DNA of 58,460 nt, the filler included, from Sphacelaria rigidula (taxonomy: Eukaryota), in NCBI GenBank assembly GCA_964200075.2. It is 10 parts of 10 records of this genome, joined end to end, with 100 filler letters (N's around TTAATTAATTAA, not from the genome) between each part and the next. Parts side by side here need not be neighbours in the genome. Positions count along the whole stretch, not along the records: positions 23,425 to 29,180 come from CAXNAA020024692.1; positions 29,281 to 35,036 come from CAXNAA020024693.1; positions 35,137 to 40,892 come from CAXNAA020024694.1; 7 more parts are not named here. One strand, written 5' to 3'. Positions 24,857 to 37,519 of the stretch are shown piece by piece. The notes below the pieces were generated by a model, which had not been told where the DNA came from, made no database searches, and was given only the letters and a program-made list of their open reading frames with translations. A program made the position numbers and the translations under genes. How positions within the stretch are numbered: the first letter of the stretch is position 1; each line of letters opens with the position of its first letter.

Positions 24857-27800
24857 TCACTTACTTCGAAAATGTAAATTACGCATTTCCCTCCTGCTGA
24901 ACTCCAACCACTCACCGTGAGGGTATTTCACTCGCCAGCAGGGATCAAGGCAATCATATACCTCGCCGGTCCCTACTCCTTCGCCCACTCCGTCGTCCGC
25001 AGACCTTTTTACCTGTGTTCCTATCGGGTACATGATCAGCGCCTCTTCCCTGTCTTTTGTCTGTGTGGACTTGTCCCTGTTATATTGTGGGTAGAGTCTC
25101 ACCGACGGGTGACACATATCCCATATGGCATGAAACACATCTAGTTGGAGGGGGGGAAAGCTGTCCAACACTTCCGCTTCCGTCAGCCAGTCGGATTCGT
25201 GTCCATCCTGGTACCTGCCTTTATACTCCCACACCGTTGGGATAGGTGCCGTAGTTGTACGCTTCCTGTTCGTTAGTGTGTACAGAGGTGAGGCTACTGT
25301 AGAGATGTCAGCGAGTCCTAGGTCCGGTCCCCATGCTGAGCGAACTCATCCTCCATCGCGTGTCTCAGTTCAGGTCGACGCTGATGGAACGGTTTCAGAG
25401 CCGTGGTGGAGACGGTCCTGTGGCGTAGTTTCCTTCCTTGCATCGATACCTCTACACTGGAATAGGGGTGACTGTTACCTCCCACGGACCCGTCCATCTT
25501 TCGTGTGATAGTTTTTGGTGCTGACCATTCCTATGCAACGTACTTTCTAGCTCTCGAACTAGCATCAGATCTCCCACTTTAGCCGACGTTCCTGGGGAGT
25601 GCCTTATGATTTTTGTGTTATGTCTCTGTCTTTCGTTTTGTTTGTTCTGCTCTCTTGTTTCCAGGACCCGCTTAACCTGGTCTAGTTTTCGTTTCCTCTG
25701 TTCAACGAAGTTGTCCAGGCCTGTCGCGGAGTCATTACCGTCTATCTGTGGTACTAGGATGTCTAGAGTGGTTCTAGGATCACGGCCGAAAAGGATTTGA
25801 AACGGGGACATGTTGGCAGGGACGGATGGGTCTGGAAGTGTACGTTTGATCCAGCATGGGTGATCCACACACTCGTCCCACCTGTCAGGCCATGATTTGC
25901 ATAGTTCGGATAGTGTGTCATGCATCCAAGCCCCCGCCCTGTCAACTGCACCCTGACCTCTCGGATGATCTGCGGGTCCGTAGTCCAGAGATACCCTGAG
26001 CCATCTGCATAGATCCCTTACTGCTGTTGCTGCGAACTCTCCCCCTTTGTCGCTGCGGATAGATCTGGGCATGCCGAATGTTAGACACAGGTTCAACAGG
26101 ATGCGGGCTACCGGTGCTGACTCCTTCGTAGGTGTGGGATATGCGAAGAGGAACTCCGAAGCTCGGTCGACGATCAGTAGTATGTATCGATTGTCTGATG
26201 CGGATGTCCGGTGCATATATATCCTGAAATTCGATTTCTAGCACATCCCAGGGAAGTAGAAATCGGCTCGGTAGCATTGCCACTTGTTGAGTTTGTGCTC
26301 TTTTCCTGCGTCTGCATCCGCATAAGAGAACGCAGTCACGGCAGTCTTTGTTCATACTGTTCCAGTGAAAATGGTTTCGTGGCAGAATCGTGGTGTGCGC
26401 TACTCCCGTGTGTCCGTAGTGTGCGTGTACAAGTGCTATTAGGTTAGGAACAAGCTGTCGTGGAATGGCTAGCGTTGGTCTATTCTTTTTTTCCGGTGTA
26501 CCATAGGCCATGGTCGTCTATGATGTAGCTATCTGATGTAGTTCCTGATGCCTTTTCCGTCTCGTTGAGTAGAGGAGCTCGGATCTGGCTCAGGTAACGG
26601 TCGTTTTCTGGTTCTCGATTAGGCTGGGTAAATCAGATAGAGTATTGATCGCTCTGTTAATGACTGAGTCGTGACCACTGGGCGAGTCACCTCTGGAGTG
26701 GTTGTTTTTGTGTTCCTCGACGATAATAGGACTCGATTCCTGGCTGCTCAACAGTGTCTGCTGAGAGTTTGTGTTGGTTGGGGGGATGCTCTGCGGTACG
26801 GAAATGGCTTCGTCGGTTATGAAATCCTTGAGTCTGACAGAACGGGTGCGGGCTCTGCTAGATCTGCGTGGTTCATTTTGGACGTCATGACACAGAGCTG
26901 CCACCTTTTCTAGGGCGAATGGCATTTCCGACAGCTGAGTCATCGTTCCGCTTACTTCCGCTTCATATATTTGTGGGTCAGATATCTAGCCAGGTTCTTG
27001 CTGTGTGAATTCATTTGTAGGGGGGTCCTTGCTGTCTGTCGGGGCTGTGATTGACCACAACGCTGTGATGGAAGCAGATCCCACTAGTATCCCTGTCTCT
27101 TCCCCTAGTTGGCTCAAGAGGACTCCATCCAACACCGGTGTGCCTCCTTCAACTTCTCGAAAACTTGTTGCTTTGCGTCGTTCCAAGGGATTTTCAGTTT
27201 TCTAACGCGTTTTGACTGAAAGCGAGGATCACGTAGGACGTCGGTCAGGGGGGCCGCGATAATGCTGTAATAGTCGACGAAAGATCGCATGTAACCGGTC
27301 ATGCCGAGGAAAGCCCGTAGCTCTTCTACCGTGTTCGGGGGTGAGAGTTTACTGACTGCCTCGATTTTGGGTGGGGCCGGACGTCTTCCCTCGCGGTCGA
27401 TCACCATCCCCAGGAATTCCTGGTTAGGCATGCACCATGACGACTTCGCAAAGTTAACAGAGTATTTTGCTTCCAACAAGGCCGAGAGAACTTTCCGTAT
27501 TGGGTATAGGTGTTCAGAGAGTGTTTTGCTGAAGATGAGGATGTCGTCCAACCATACCTGAACTTCTTTACCCTGTGAGGGAGCCTAGGGTTTTGGATAT
27601 ACCTCTGGTGAAGCCGGATGGGAGGTTTTTCAATCCGAAGCTACACCTGTTGTATTCCCAAAGTTGCCCGAGGGCGTCTCTGAAGGTTGTTTTGTGTTTG
27701 TCATTTTCCTCGATTTCGAGTTGAAAGTACCCTGAGGCGAGATCTAATGTGAAAAAAATATTTGTTACCACTTAGCCTGTCGTGCATGCTCTCAATGTCC

Positions 27801-29180
27801 CCCAGACCCCCGCTGTCTGTTTCCGTGCGATCATTCAGTTCCCTGTAGTCATGGCAAAGGCGTCGTGTGCCGTCCTTTTTCGGTACCGCGAGTGATCTTG
27901 CTGCCCATTCTTACTCTGACCGACGAATGATACCTCGTTGGTACAGTTTTTCTACTTCGGCTTGCATTGCTTCAGTTTCGGCGGGAGAAAAACGTCGCTG
28001 CTTTGTTGCCACAGGTTTATATCGCTCATCTCTCAATGGAGTGCGAATCTTACCTTAGTCACAGGGGCGGACTTTTTTGGGGTCTGCTGGGAAGATTCCT
28101 TGATGCCGGAACTCGTCTAGCAGTGCTAAAAGCTTTTATTTTTCAGGGGTGCTGAGCTGTCCGAGGTTGGCGTCATTGAGATTGGACATGATTGTGTTCT
28201 CGTCCGCCTCTTTTCCTTCCTCGTTGACTTCATGTGAAGTCCATGTTTGTGTATAGTATGATGTGTCGTCCTCGCTGTTTTCGGGATTCGATGGGAGGAA
28301 AAGCGCGTGGAAGCTTTCCTCGTCATCGATATTGACCGCCACTATCTGTGCTATTTGTTTTCTTGCCTCGATGAGGCTCTGGTTGGGGCTCCTGTTCACT
28401 ATCTTGCATACTACGGATGTACCTGGCTCCCACCACTGAATACCTCTCGCTACGCCTAGCAGGGCACCTTTCTCTAAATCGTAATCCTCGGTAGGTAGTA
28501 TCAGTACCAGTTGCCGTACTTGAGAGAGGGGACCCTTGGTGCGTCCCTCTACTGCTGTGCTGACAAAGCCTGGTAGTTGCAGCGGCGAGGGTAGGGAGAA
28601 TGCCCACTGCAGAGTACCATCGTCTTCCCAAACTGCCTTACCCATGAATTTGTTACTTACTATTCTGTATGTGATGGTTGCGATGGAGGGGTTGTAAACG
28701 TCTAGTGTAGACGGGGTGTACAGCTCTGGTTCTTCAAACTTTTCCCCCGGGTATGACAGCACAGAAAGTGTCCCATAATACCTCGGCTACGTCAGGTGTA
28801 ACCTTCGGATCATTCGGCGCTTGTACACCTTCTGCCGATAACGGGGCTGATTCCGATGGTGTGCCATTTGTTGTGACACTCTGGGCTTCTGTGGTGGCCC
28901 TTTCTACGTCAGATATTTTCTCCGAACCATTTGATGCTTGAATGTCTTTCGCAGCCAACGGGGTCGCACTTGATGGTTCAGTATTAGGGGGGAGTATCGA
29001 GCTACGGGTGTCGAGCGGTATCCATGGTGCGTCGGGTGTGGGGCGGAATCCTTGATGTTTGTCAAATGATAGGACGCTTGAGTGTTTGCGGAAGAATGCA
29101 GCGCCCAGTACCAGTGCGTATGGAAAGCCCTTGACTACACGTACTGCGATGTTGCGTACTTTATCTTCCGGGGGAAAGAT
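24857..29180 (-). mobile_element. pol: Ty3/Gypsy pol, decayed: protease C-terminus, linker, RT, integrase, chromodomain and Tudor-like domain; RNase H apparently deleted
   Basis: Protease end VVKGFPYALVLGAAFF. RT FTLDLASGYFQ, SFGLKNLP and (L)DDILIFS. Integrase VHAHYGHTG...CVLLCGC, IRSDKGGEF and HPRGQGAVDR. C-terminal ORF 24857-25234. Confidence 0.93.
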
Positions 29181-31317
29181 NNNNNNNNNNNNNNNNNNNN
29201 NNNNNNNNNNNNNNNNNNNNNNNNTTAATTAATTAANNNNNNNNNNNNNNNNNNNNNNNNNNNNNNNNNNNNNNNNNNNNACAAAATACCCCCCCCCCTC
29301 CTCTTCTCTCCCCCCAAACAACACGGTTAGCTCCCCTCTCCCTAAAAAAAAAAAACACCCCCCCCCCCCCCCCCCCCCCCCCCCAACCATCTCTCCTCCC
29401 ATCGCACCGGGGGATGAGACGAATCTTCCGGGCATCCTAAGCGAATAGTGCCAAAACGCTCGTGATTCCTTCAACGCAATACAAGAGTGGAAGCAATAAT
29501 AATACGGGCGATTATATCACATTGTATAGCCCCATTGTGCAATTTTGGCTCACGCTTTTTTACGGGAACGTTAGGGGATTCATTTTTACAAACCAAACTG
29601 CACGCGATTTTTAAATGACAGCTGAAGACGTTCAACAAAAAGTGCACGCACTTTTGGTCGTCCTCCACAAACTCGATAATCGAACGTGCATTCCCCCACA
29701 TTTTTGATAGCGCCGCTAGCTACAGTATCATAGCCCAATCACTAGTGCCCCCGTTGATAAAACAAAATGTGATACCGAAATTCACAGTGTACCAACAAGC
29801 ATTAACATGCAAAATCAATTAGAACCGGCGAGTGGTGCGCACCGCTGGGGTTTGGCAAATGCCCTCTTGTTTCGAGGTGTCGAAGGAGCCGTGAAATATC
29901 GCTGGGCAACATATTGTGTGCACAACAAAGTCCAAGGCAGTGCTCCGCAACAAACAGCACACAAGACTAAGTGCAGTATATTTCGAGCGCTTCAGTGGAA
30001 CTTCGGATAAAGACAGCATGATCGTCTGCAGCTATCGAACATACGCTGGGGCTTTCTATGAGTGTCGCTACGCTGCGCAGGCATAACGTGAGGCCACAAC
30101 TGGTTTGCATTTATTTTGTCCGCACTCCGCAACAAACGCCGATTTTTGACATCCCATATGTTCGGCCGTGAATGGACATTTCTTCCTCCGTTGCTCGGTA
30201 ATCATTAGCACTCGACACTAAAATGTAGACCGCCGCAATGTGACCATCTTTTACTGATATTATGAAAATAGAACTTTCCAGATTATACAGAGCGACGATC
30301 TTCATGTTCTCGTGAAGACGCGGGACGACATTACGAGCTGGGCCAGCAGAAACGGATTTAAGCTCTCAAAGCAATATCTCATCGACACAGACGAGTTGGG
30401 CCGTGATCCGCATTTCGTATTTATCGTGTAATCAAGGAGAAGGTAGCCATCTGCTCAAAAGTCTGGGTCAATATTTTCTCGTTGATTAAATCCCATGTCT
30501 AGTAATTCCTATACCGTACGGTTATATCGCCCATACCAAAATCTATATAAAAACCTGAACGATACATTCAGCGGATGACGACGACTTTTGGTGTAGACGT
30601 TCCTTGGAGCACGGGGAGACTATAGATACCCTCACCTTCACCTAATTACTTTTCTACCTCGAGATATGGCGCACATAAGATTTCATACTAAGATCAATAT
30701 ATTACGAGCAGACACACTGGATGCCCCGAATTTAAATATCGCGTCTCAGTGTTCGAGAGTTGTGCTATGAAATTTGGTATGAAGAACCGGTAGTGCATAG
30801 TAGAATGAAATAAAACAGGCTTTATTATTTCTCCCAATTTTTTTCATTTGTTTTCGTGTTTTTAGGGAAGTTTTGAGGAGAAATGGACATTGCTCTTGGG
30901 CCTCGTCTCAATTTTTCACCTCAATTTTTATAATTGTGATCTGAAACTTGGGCCTTTTTTTTTATGTATTAAAAACCCGTTATCACAAAGCCCTTTTTCA
31001 ACAGCACGTTTTTCAACATAATTTTTTCAAGTAACCCTTGTTACGTGATTGACGCTATCAACATTGGAAAAGCAGTGTTCACCGCTCTCTACAAGGCGTG
31101 TGGGCATAATTTCAAATTCTGGGGCGCGCGAGAGAGACAAATCGCTCTGCTGGCGTGTCGTGGTGTACGGCCCGCTTTATCTGTCTGTACTACTGTAACA
31201 TATTGACCGAACAACAAATGATGGGCTGCGTGACGCAAGACGAGCAATAAGAACACCAGCTTGCTGCACCAAGTGACTGTAGAGCTGACGGATGGGCTTT
31301 TCTGCTACATCGTATTA

Positions 31318-31790
31318 TAGTACTCGATTGTACGGACAGCTAGGACAACAGTACAGACAGTGCGGTATTGTATGCATTGTATGTACTACTGCAACAACAG
31401 TAGCACTATTTAAAGCATTGTGTTTACTGTCAGTACGATCCTGTATCTGCAAGGCTTGGGTGTGTAGGCAGTCTGTACTGCACAGCGACATCTGTTTGCA
31501 ACACGCTGCATGCACAGACCTGAACCAAAGGATCTGACATACCCTTTGACCTGAACTGAGCTCCAATTTCACTGCACCGTAGTACTCGATTCTATGGACA
31601 GCACGGACAACAGTACAGACAGTACTGTATTGTATGCATTGTATGTACTAAAGCAGTAGCATCACCCATCTGATGGTTTTCGTGTGTACTGTCAGTCCGG
31701 TCTTGTCTCTTCAAGGCTTGGGGTGCGTGGGCAGTCTGTAAAGCATTGCGACGGCTGTTCACAACACGCTGCCTGCACGGACCTGAACTT
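31318..31790. repeat. Tandem ~263-bp duplication (about 1.8 copies) of a GTACAGACAGTAC-rich repeat
   Basis: tagtactcgatt...cagtacagacagt...caaggcttggg...caacacgctgc...gacctgaac occurs at about 31318 and 31581. Similar motifs lie inside the Harbinger-like elements (10600-10980, 41780-41830). Confidence 0.85.
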
Positions 31791-32959
31791 AGGTACAATG
31801 TTGTACGAACTACATAGAGACTGTCCTGTCTGTACAGCACTCGTCATCGACCCTGCCCTGTGCTGTTCTCATGGGGTAAAGCGCCACCACGCTACTGGCG
31901 GGCAACGCGTTATTCGACACTGTTTTTTCAATACATAAGTAGCCTTAGTACGTATGGAGAACCACGGAGGTATGCTGAAACAAGAAAATAAACAGGCCTC
32001 CACTTTTTGTTTTGTTTTGGGAGAGGGCCGCGCGTTCTCGTAAAAAAAATCGTTACCATACTAAAACGCCCTAAACCAGTGATATATATATATAGAAATA
32101 CAAACCTGACTCACTTTTTGGTTCATTTTGTCCTCGCGAGGTCCTACACGAAGTTTCAGTACACAAACACCAAACGTGGGCCGGTAAGTGGCCTGCAAAA
32201 TAATGTTCCGAATTTCTACCGACCCACCGCAGCCGCCTTGGATTTGTGTGGCCTGTGCCTCTCTCTCCACCGCTTCCTCCCCCCTGTTATTCTGCGAGCG
32301 TCTTAAGGTTTCTACAGACCGCATGGTGCGACGTTAAACCAACCAAATCCAAAAACCGACAAGTTTCCTGAGTGAACGTTTTTTGTAGACTTGTCTGAAA
32401 TCAGAACAAGGTCGCAGTGCTGCTTCAGAGGCTTCCTTCCTGTCAAGGGCTCCAGGGACTTCAAGACTTGAGCAGTTACGCAAACAGCTGTCTTCGTTAA
32501 CACCAGAAGTGATCCCTTTTCTCCTTTCACACACATCACATGTCAAGCAATTATAGTCATACTCCAGAGAATATCCCATGACCAAATCTGGCGTAGCCTC
32601 GTATCCAGTGTATCATGTACTTGCACGTGTACTGGAGATGGACTACACTACAGGTTACTAAACGGCACATTCACCGGCAGTATTCAGAGTTGGACCCTAA
32701 AATTTAGTATGGAACAACAGGGCATGATGAAAAAATACCCATGCACAAAAAAAACTGTTTTTAATGAGTTATAGGCAATAATCAGTTTCAGGTATCAATA
32801 AAATGCCATTATATCATTTAAAAATAAATATATCGGTGTGTGCAGGGGTATTTATTTATTATGCTCTATGAATTGTTCATACCAAATCTCAGGGTCCGAC
32901 TCTAAATATTGGCCGGCGAATGGACCAGCAAACTACAAATCCGCCTCTAGGCTGGCCAA

Positions 32960-33480
32960 GCTCGTACTCCTTCCCGTAACAAGGGGACGGGGTGGGAAGT
33001 TCTTGTCATTATACCCCACCACCGATCCCGTGCCGTCGTGTTGTCAGGGGCGTACTTCTTGTCCCGTCCCGTCTCATCCCGTTTTACCCTGAAAAGCCTT
33101 GGTAGAGAACTCGATAGCTCGTCAGGTAAGATTTCAAGGAGGGTGTATTCTGTGGGGTGCACCAGCAGCAATTCGGGTCTATACACATGTGAAAAAGAGG
33201 TGTTTTATCGGTAAATCCCATCCAAACCGTACCGGATTGTTCGCAACAAGGCTTGATACAACAGTACCAGGCCGGAATGTTTGGTACACATTTCGGTATG
33301 GTTTATTATGCCAACCAAAAATTCCCCACTTCCGGGTATACCCTTAAGAACACGACCTGGAACCATTTCGTACATATATCGAAGAACTATCGGATACCGG
33401 TATGGAGTGATCAAAACTCGCAAATGTGTCGGGTACGGGAAATACCCAGGTAAGTACCCCGGATACACAAAAACTTGTAC
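32960..33480. mobile_element. Two adjacent hAT-like MITE fragments (CCCGT-rich and TACC(C/G)G-rich)
   Basis: cccgt repeats end in gaaaagccttgg. 33225-33353 is similar to the reverse complement of 57740-57886. Confidence 0.55.
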
Positions 33481-34016
33481 ACTGCAGAACACAACCTTGT
33501 CATATATTCGCACTGCGATGTATATGCACAACAATGGAAAATTCATACGAGTACTGGCAATTAGGTGTCAGTTCATGGGTCGGACAAATAATGATTCGTC
33601 TGATAATTGCTGTAGTGTAATTGATTCGTACGGTATGAATCAATCCTTGGGTTGTGTTTTCAGCGTTCCACCCCGCAGGCACGCGAAACCCACGGTGTTA
33701 CTCCTTTTCGATGTTATGGAGGCGGTGTATCACGGTGAGGTGTACGTTATATTAGCTGGAGTCATATTGCGCAGTTTCAATCATTTCGAGCTCACACAGG
33801 AGGCCATCGTGGGAAGAGGATTGGGCACTGTTAGCTTCAACAGCTCGCTTCACGGGCGATGCCGCACATGGGAGAAAGCTGCATGACGCATGAGATTCGT
33901 TACAGCACATGTCGCAAGCGGTTTTTGCTGAAAATATATCTGTATCCGCTATGACAGAGCGAGTTGGTGCAGGGTTCTCTAGATGCGGGCCCCACTCTGT
34001 GCGCATCGGTCTTGAA

Positions 34017-34017
<1 letters not shown>

Positions 34018-34051
<34 letters not shown>
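34018..34051. repeat. (AC)n microsatellite, possibly a retroposon tail
   Basis: Direct inspection. Confidence 0.9.
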
Positions 34052-34052
<1 letters not shown>

Positions 34053-35136
34053 CCTAGTCTGTTGTACATGAAATATGCTGTTGGCTGCTACAGTATATGT
34101 TCGACACTGCGTACCAACCGCGCCATTACGCCTTCGGCGGTACTACCTGCTCACTGCACAGCGGCAGGGTGCAGGGTGACAAAGCACACCACAGAACGCC
34201 ACATCATTAGCCTATCCCTGTCCTGCATTGATTTTGCGTCGTCCTATGCAGTTCGCCACATCATGCACGCAACCGATTGTATCTGCGGTCAACGTGTACG
34301 CGGGATATCACCCTTCGTTGCGCCCTATATCGCTACGACACATTTTGTAAAGCTCTCCGTGTTGCAGCTACAGCGTGCGCTTGCCCCAGGTTGCGCACGC
34401 AGGAGTGAAAGGTCGCCTCTGCTGCTGTCATGGCTGCCTGTATATTGGGCAAAGCTGAATGGTAACACAGCCACTATGGCGCGAAAGCCGCCTGTGGCAT
34501 TTCATACCCTGGAGATTTTTACACACTGTTGTCTCGGAGTGTAGCGTTGCAGTTACCGGCTTGAGGTACGAGTATTACACAAATTATAGTGGGCAATATA
34601 TTGTATACTGGGCGCAGTACACTTTTAACACCGTGTTTGTACTGACTGTACAATCTTCGTCCAGGGTCCGGGACATTTCAACATATTATGCAGCATCTGA
34701 TACATTTTCACATATAATTTGGCGTGGTGAGATGGTGGAAAATCCACTACATCTGGGCGAACTGCAGGTGAGGCGATCGCCAAAAATTCACCTGTGACCT
34801 CTTCAACAGTGCACCGTAAGTTGATATCGCTAGAAGGACGCCACCGTGACTACCGTGCCGGCTGCCAAACTGTCAGAATCTTGTATCCGCTAGCATTGCT
34901 ACTGTCTGGAAGGGGATGTTGCCCACTTGTCGGGTACGTGGGGCAGGATCCATGGCAGAACGCAGCGGTCGCGTGAGATAGGCTTAACCCTGACGTGTCG
35001 AGCTTTTCACACCGGCAAAGGTTCAGCCTAGACCCTNNNNNNNNNNNNNNNNNNNNNNNNNNNNNNNNNNNNNNNNNNNNTTAATTAATTAANNNNNNNN
35101 NNNNNNNNNNNNNNNNNNNNNNNNNNNNNNNNNNNN

Positions 35137-36695
35137 GAGAATGGTGAAGAAGATGACAGAATGTGCAAAAAGTGTCATGATGCTAGACGCGGAAATATCG
35201 AAATATTTCGATATCTTGCAAGGAGTTGCACAAGGTTGTACGTTATCACCCACTTTATTCAAGATATTCATTAGTAACTTGGTAATAGCAATAGATGCAG
35301 CAAAGCAAGAGGTCAAGGCGGGTGAAGATATTGTATCATGATTGATGTTCGCGGATGATTCTGTGGGGGTTTCAGGAACACCAGAAGGATTACAGAAACA
35401 GATCGACAAGGCTCGAAAATACACTAGGAGATGAAGAGTGACAGCGAACGTCAACAAACGCGCGGTACTTGTCTGTAACGAAGATAAGAAAAGTCCGGTA
35501 GAGTTTAAATGGAAGTGAGGAGAAGAGGAATTGCTGGTCGTAGACCAGTATACATACCTTGGCGTAGAGATATCAAAACACTGTTCTTGGGATGCGCACA
35601 TGAACGAAGTAATAGAAAAGGGCAAAGCACCAATGGGTAGAATGGACGTGATCCTGAGAGACCCGCACCTAGACACTGAGAGCAAGAGATGTATCCTGAT
35701 GAGCGTGATCGTACCAAAGCTGCAATATGGAGGAGAAGTACGGGAGGGGAACGTAAAGTCGGTGGAGAAGTTGGAAACAGTACAGGTGGCAGCAGCTAAG
35801 AAAGTACTTGGATGCTCGAAAATGACGAGTAATACAGCTTTGAAAGCAGAGTTGGGAATGTACTCACTTAAAACAAGTAGAGCCACGAGGAAATTGCGAT
35901 GGCAGTATAGCGTGAAGAACATGCAGAGAAAGAAGTTGCCAGCTATTGTTGAGACGGCTGTACGGAAGAAAATTACGAAAGGACGGGCTGGAACAAGGTG
36001 GGACGAAGAAGTCGACAAAGTACGGAAGGAGACAGGAGGAAAACGAGACAAAATACTGTCCATAGGTGAAGGCGCGGCGTACAAGACAAAAGTAAGATAC
36101 ATGATAGGAATAAGGGGAAAAGGAGCGCTCAGACGCAAAGTAGAAGAGGAATAGCACCCGACGATATACGGGTGGTTGAGAGAGGGGACAGAAAAAGGAA
36201 ATAGATTTGCATGGCCCCATGGATGCTGCGAAAAATCGGAGACTGCGACATCGGGTGGGGGACCTGGACCTTGCCAAGAAGAAGAAAGAGATTTACCAGT
36301 AGTCGAAAGGAGGAGGACGTGGGTGCACAGAACTGTCCCTGTGGCAAAGCGATAGAGAGCAGAAGTCATATAGCTGCAGAATGTGAACTATACAGAGGGG
36401 AACAAGACGTGCTAGAGGGGGAAATGCGGGACGTGAACGAAGATGGCATGAAATCGCTTGATGCAATGGACAGTAGGGGGGAAACGGTGGCTGTACTAGG
36501 AGATAGATGGTGGCCAGAGACGGCGAAACAGGACGGGGATAAGATATGTAAAAGGGCTTTGTGTATTTTATGGAAGAAACGTTGTGAGCGCCGGAATGTT
36601 GGAGGCGTCCCTATTTGGAGTGGGAACGATGCTCCGTCTCGAAAGGGATGCGTGGTCAATCGTCAAACGACTAAAGCGAGCAAAAAATGAGTACG
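35137..36695 (+). mobile_element. Decayed LINE ORF2 3' half (RT C-terminal domains plus terminal zinc finger) with its natural 3' end
   Basis: LQGVAQGCTLSPTLF, MFADD, YTYLGV, ALKAELG and CPCG...ESRSHIAAECELY. Stop TGA at 36688-36690, then GTACG and a C-run. Confidence 0.94.
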
Positions 36696-36871
36696 CCCCC
36701 CCCCCCCCCTCCCCCCGAAATGGTGAGACATTCATGAGGCCCTGTGTAACCTGTGGTTGTCTTTGGAGTTGGCGATAGCAGAAAACGAAGCAACTCATTG
36801 GATGCTGTCATACAAATGCAGGATAATCAGTAGGCTTCGGGCCGAACAATTTCAGCAGGATGCAGCTCACT

Positions 36872-37320
36872 CTTTATGCGACTCGCTGAACACATGACGG
36901 CGTTTCGCGTTTGGTGATTGATTGCGAGCCTGGTCCGGCGTAAACCCGGCGTGCTCCGTCTCGGGTTTATAGGGGTGCGAGGTCAATGGCCTCATAACCA
37001 GGGCATTGCTGATCATGAGTACCCCCCCCTCCCCCCCCTTCCCCCCTTCAGCCTTGTACAGCGAAAACCTAGCGTGCTCTGTCCCGGCTTCGTAAGGATG
37101 CGAGGTCAATGATCAGATGACTACGGCATGCAGGATCATGAGTACACGCCGGCCTCCCCCCGGTGCATCCTTCATGCGACTCGCCGAACACATCACTGCG
37201 CATCACGCTTGGTGATGGCGAGCCTGGTCCGGGGAAAATCAGCGTGCTCCGCCTCGGCTTCGTAGGGATGCGAGGTCAATGGTATCATGACTAGATAAAG
37301 ATCATGAGTACAACCCCCCT
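36872..37320 (+). mobile_element. Three head-to-tail copies (about 150, 100 and 150 bp) of a retroposon 3' end related to the LINE end
   Basis: Units at 36872-37022, 37050-37150 and 37170-37311 share cgtgctc.g...gcgaggtcaatg...gatcatgagtac and are separated by C-rich tracts. Confidence 0.85.
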
Positions 37321-37519
37321 CTTCATGCTTTAGGGCGACTAAAATCGTCATGAAAAAGACTTTGCCTTTTGTGGGGGTTCCAGTCCTCGAAACCCGCTCT
37401 GAATTGTACTTCGTGTGCACCAGGTTCACCAAAGGGGCGCGATAGTTGGACATTGTTCCACATACTATTTGCAACGTGAGAAGTTTTTATCTGTGCTGGA
37501 CGCAGCATCATGTCCTTTG

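Noticed and set aside
34983..35036. piggyBac-like TTAA-CCC end (also near 54762)
   Set aside because: No convincing partner TIR with a second TTAA within the segment.
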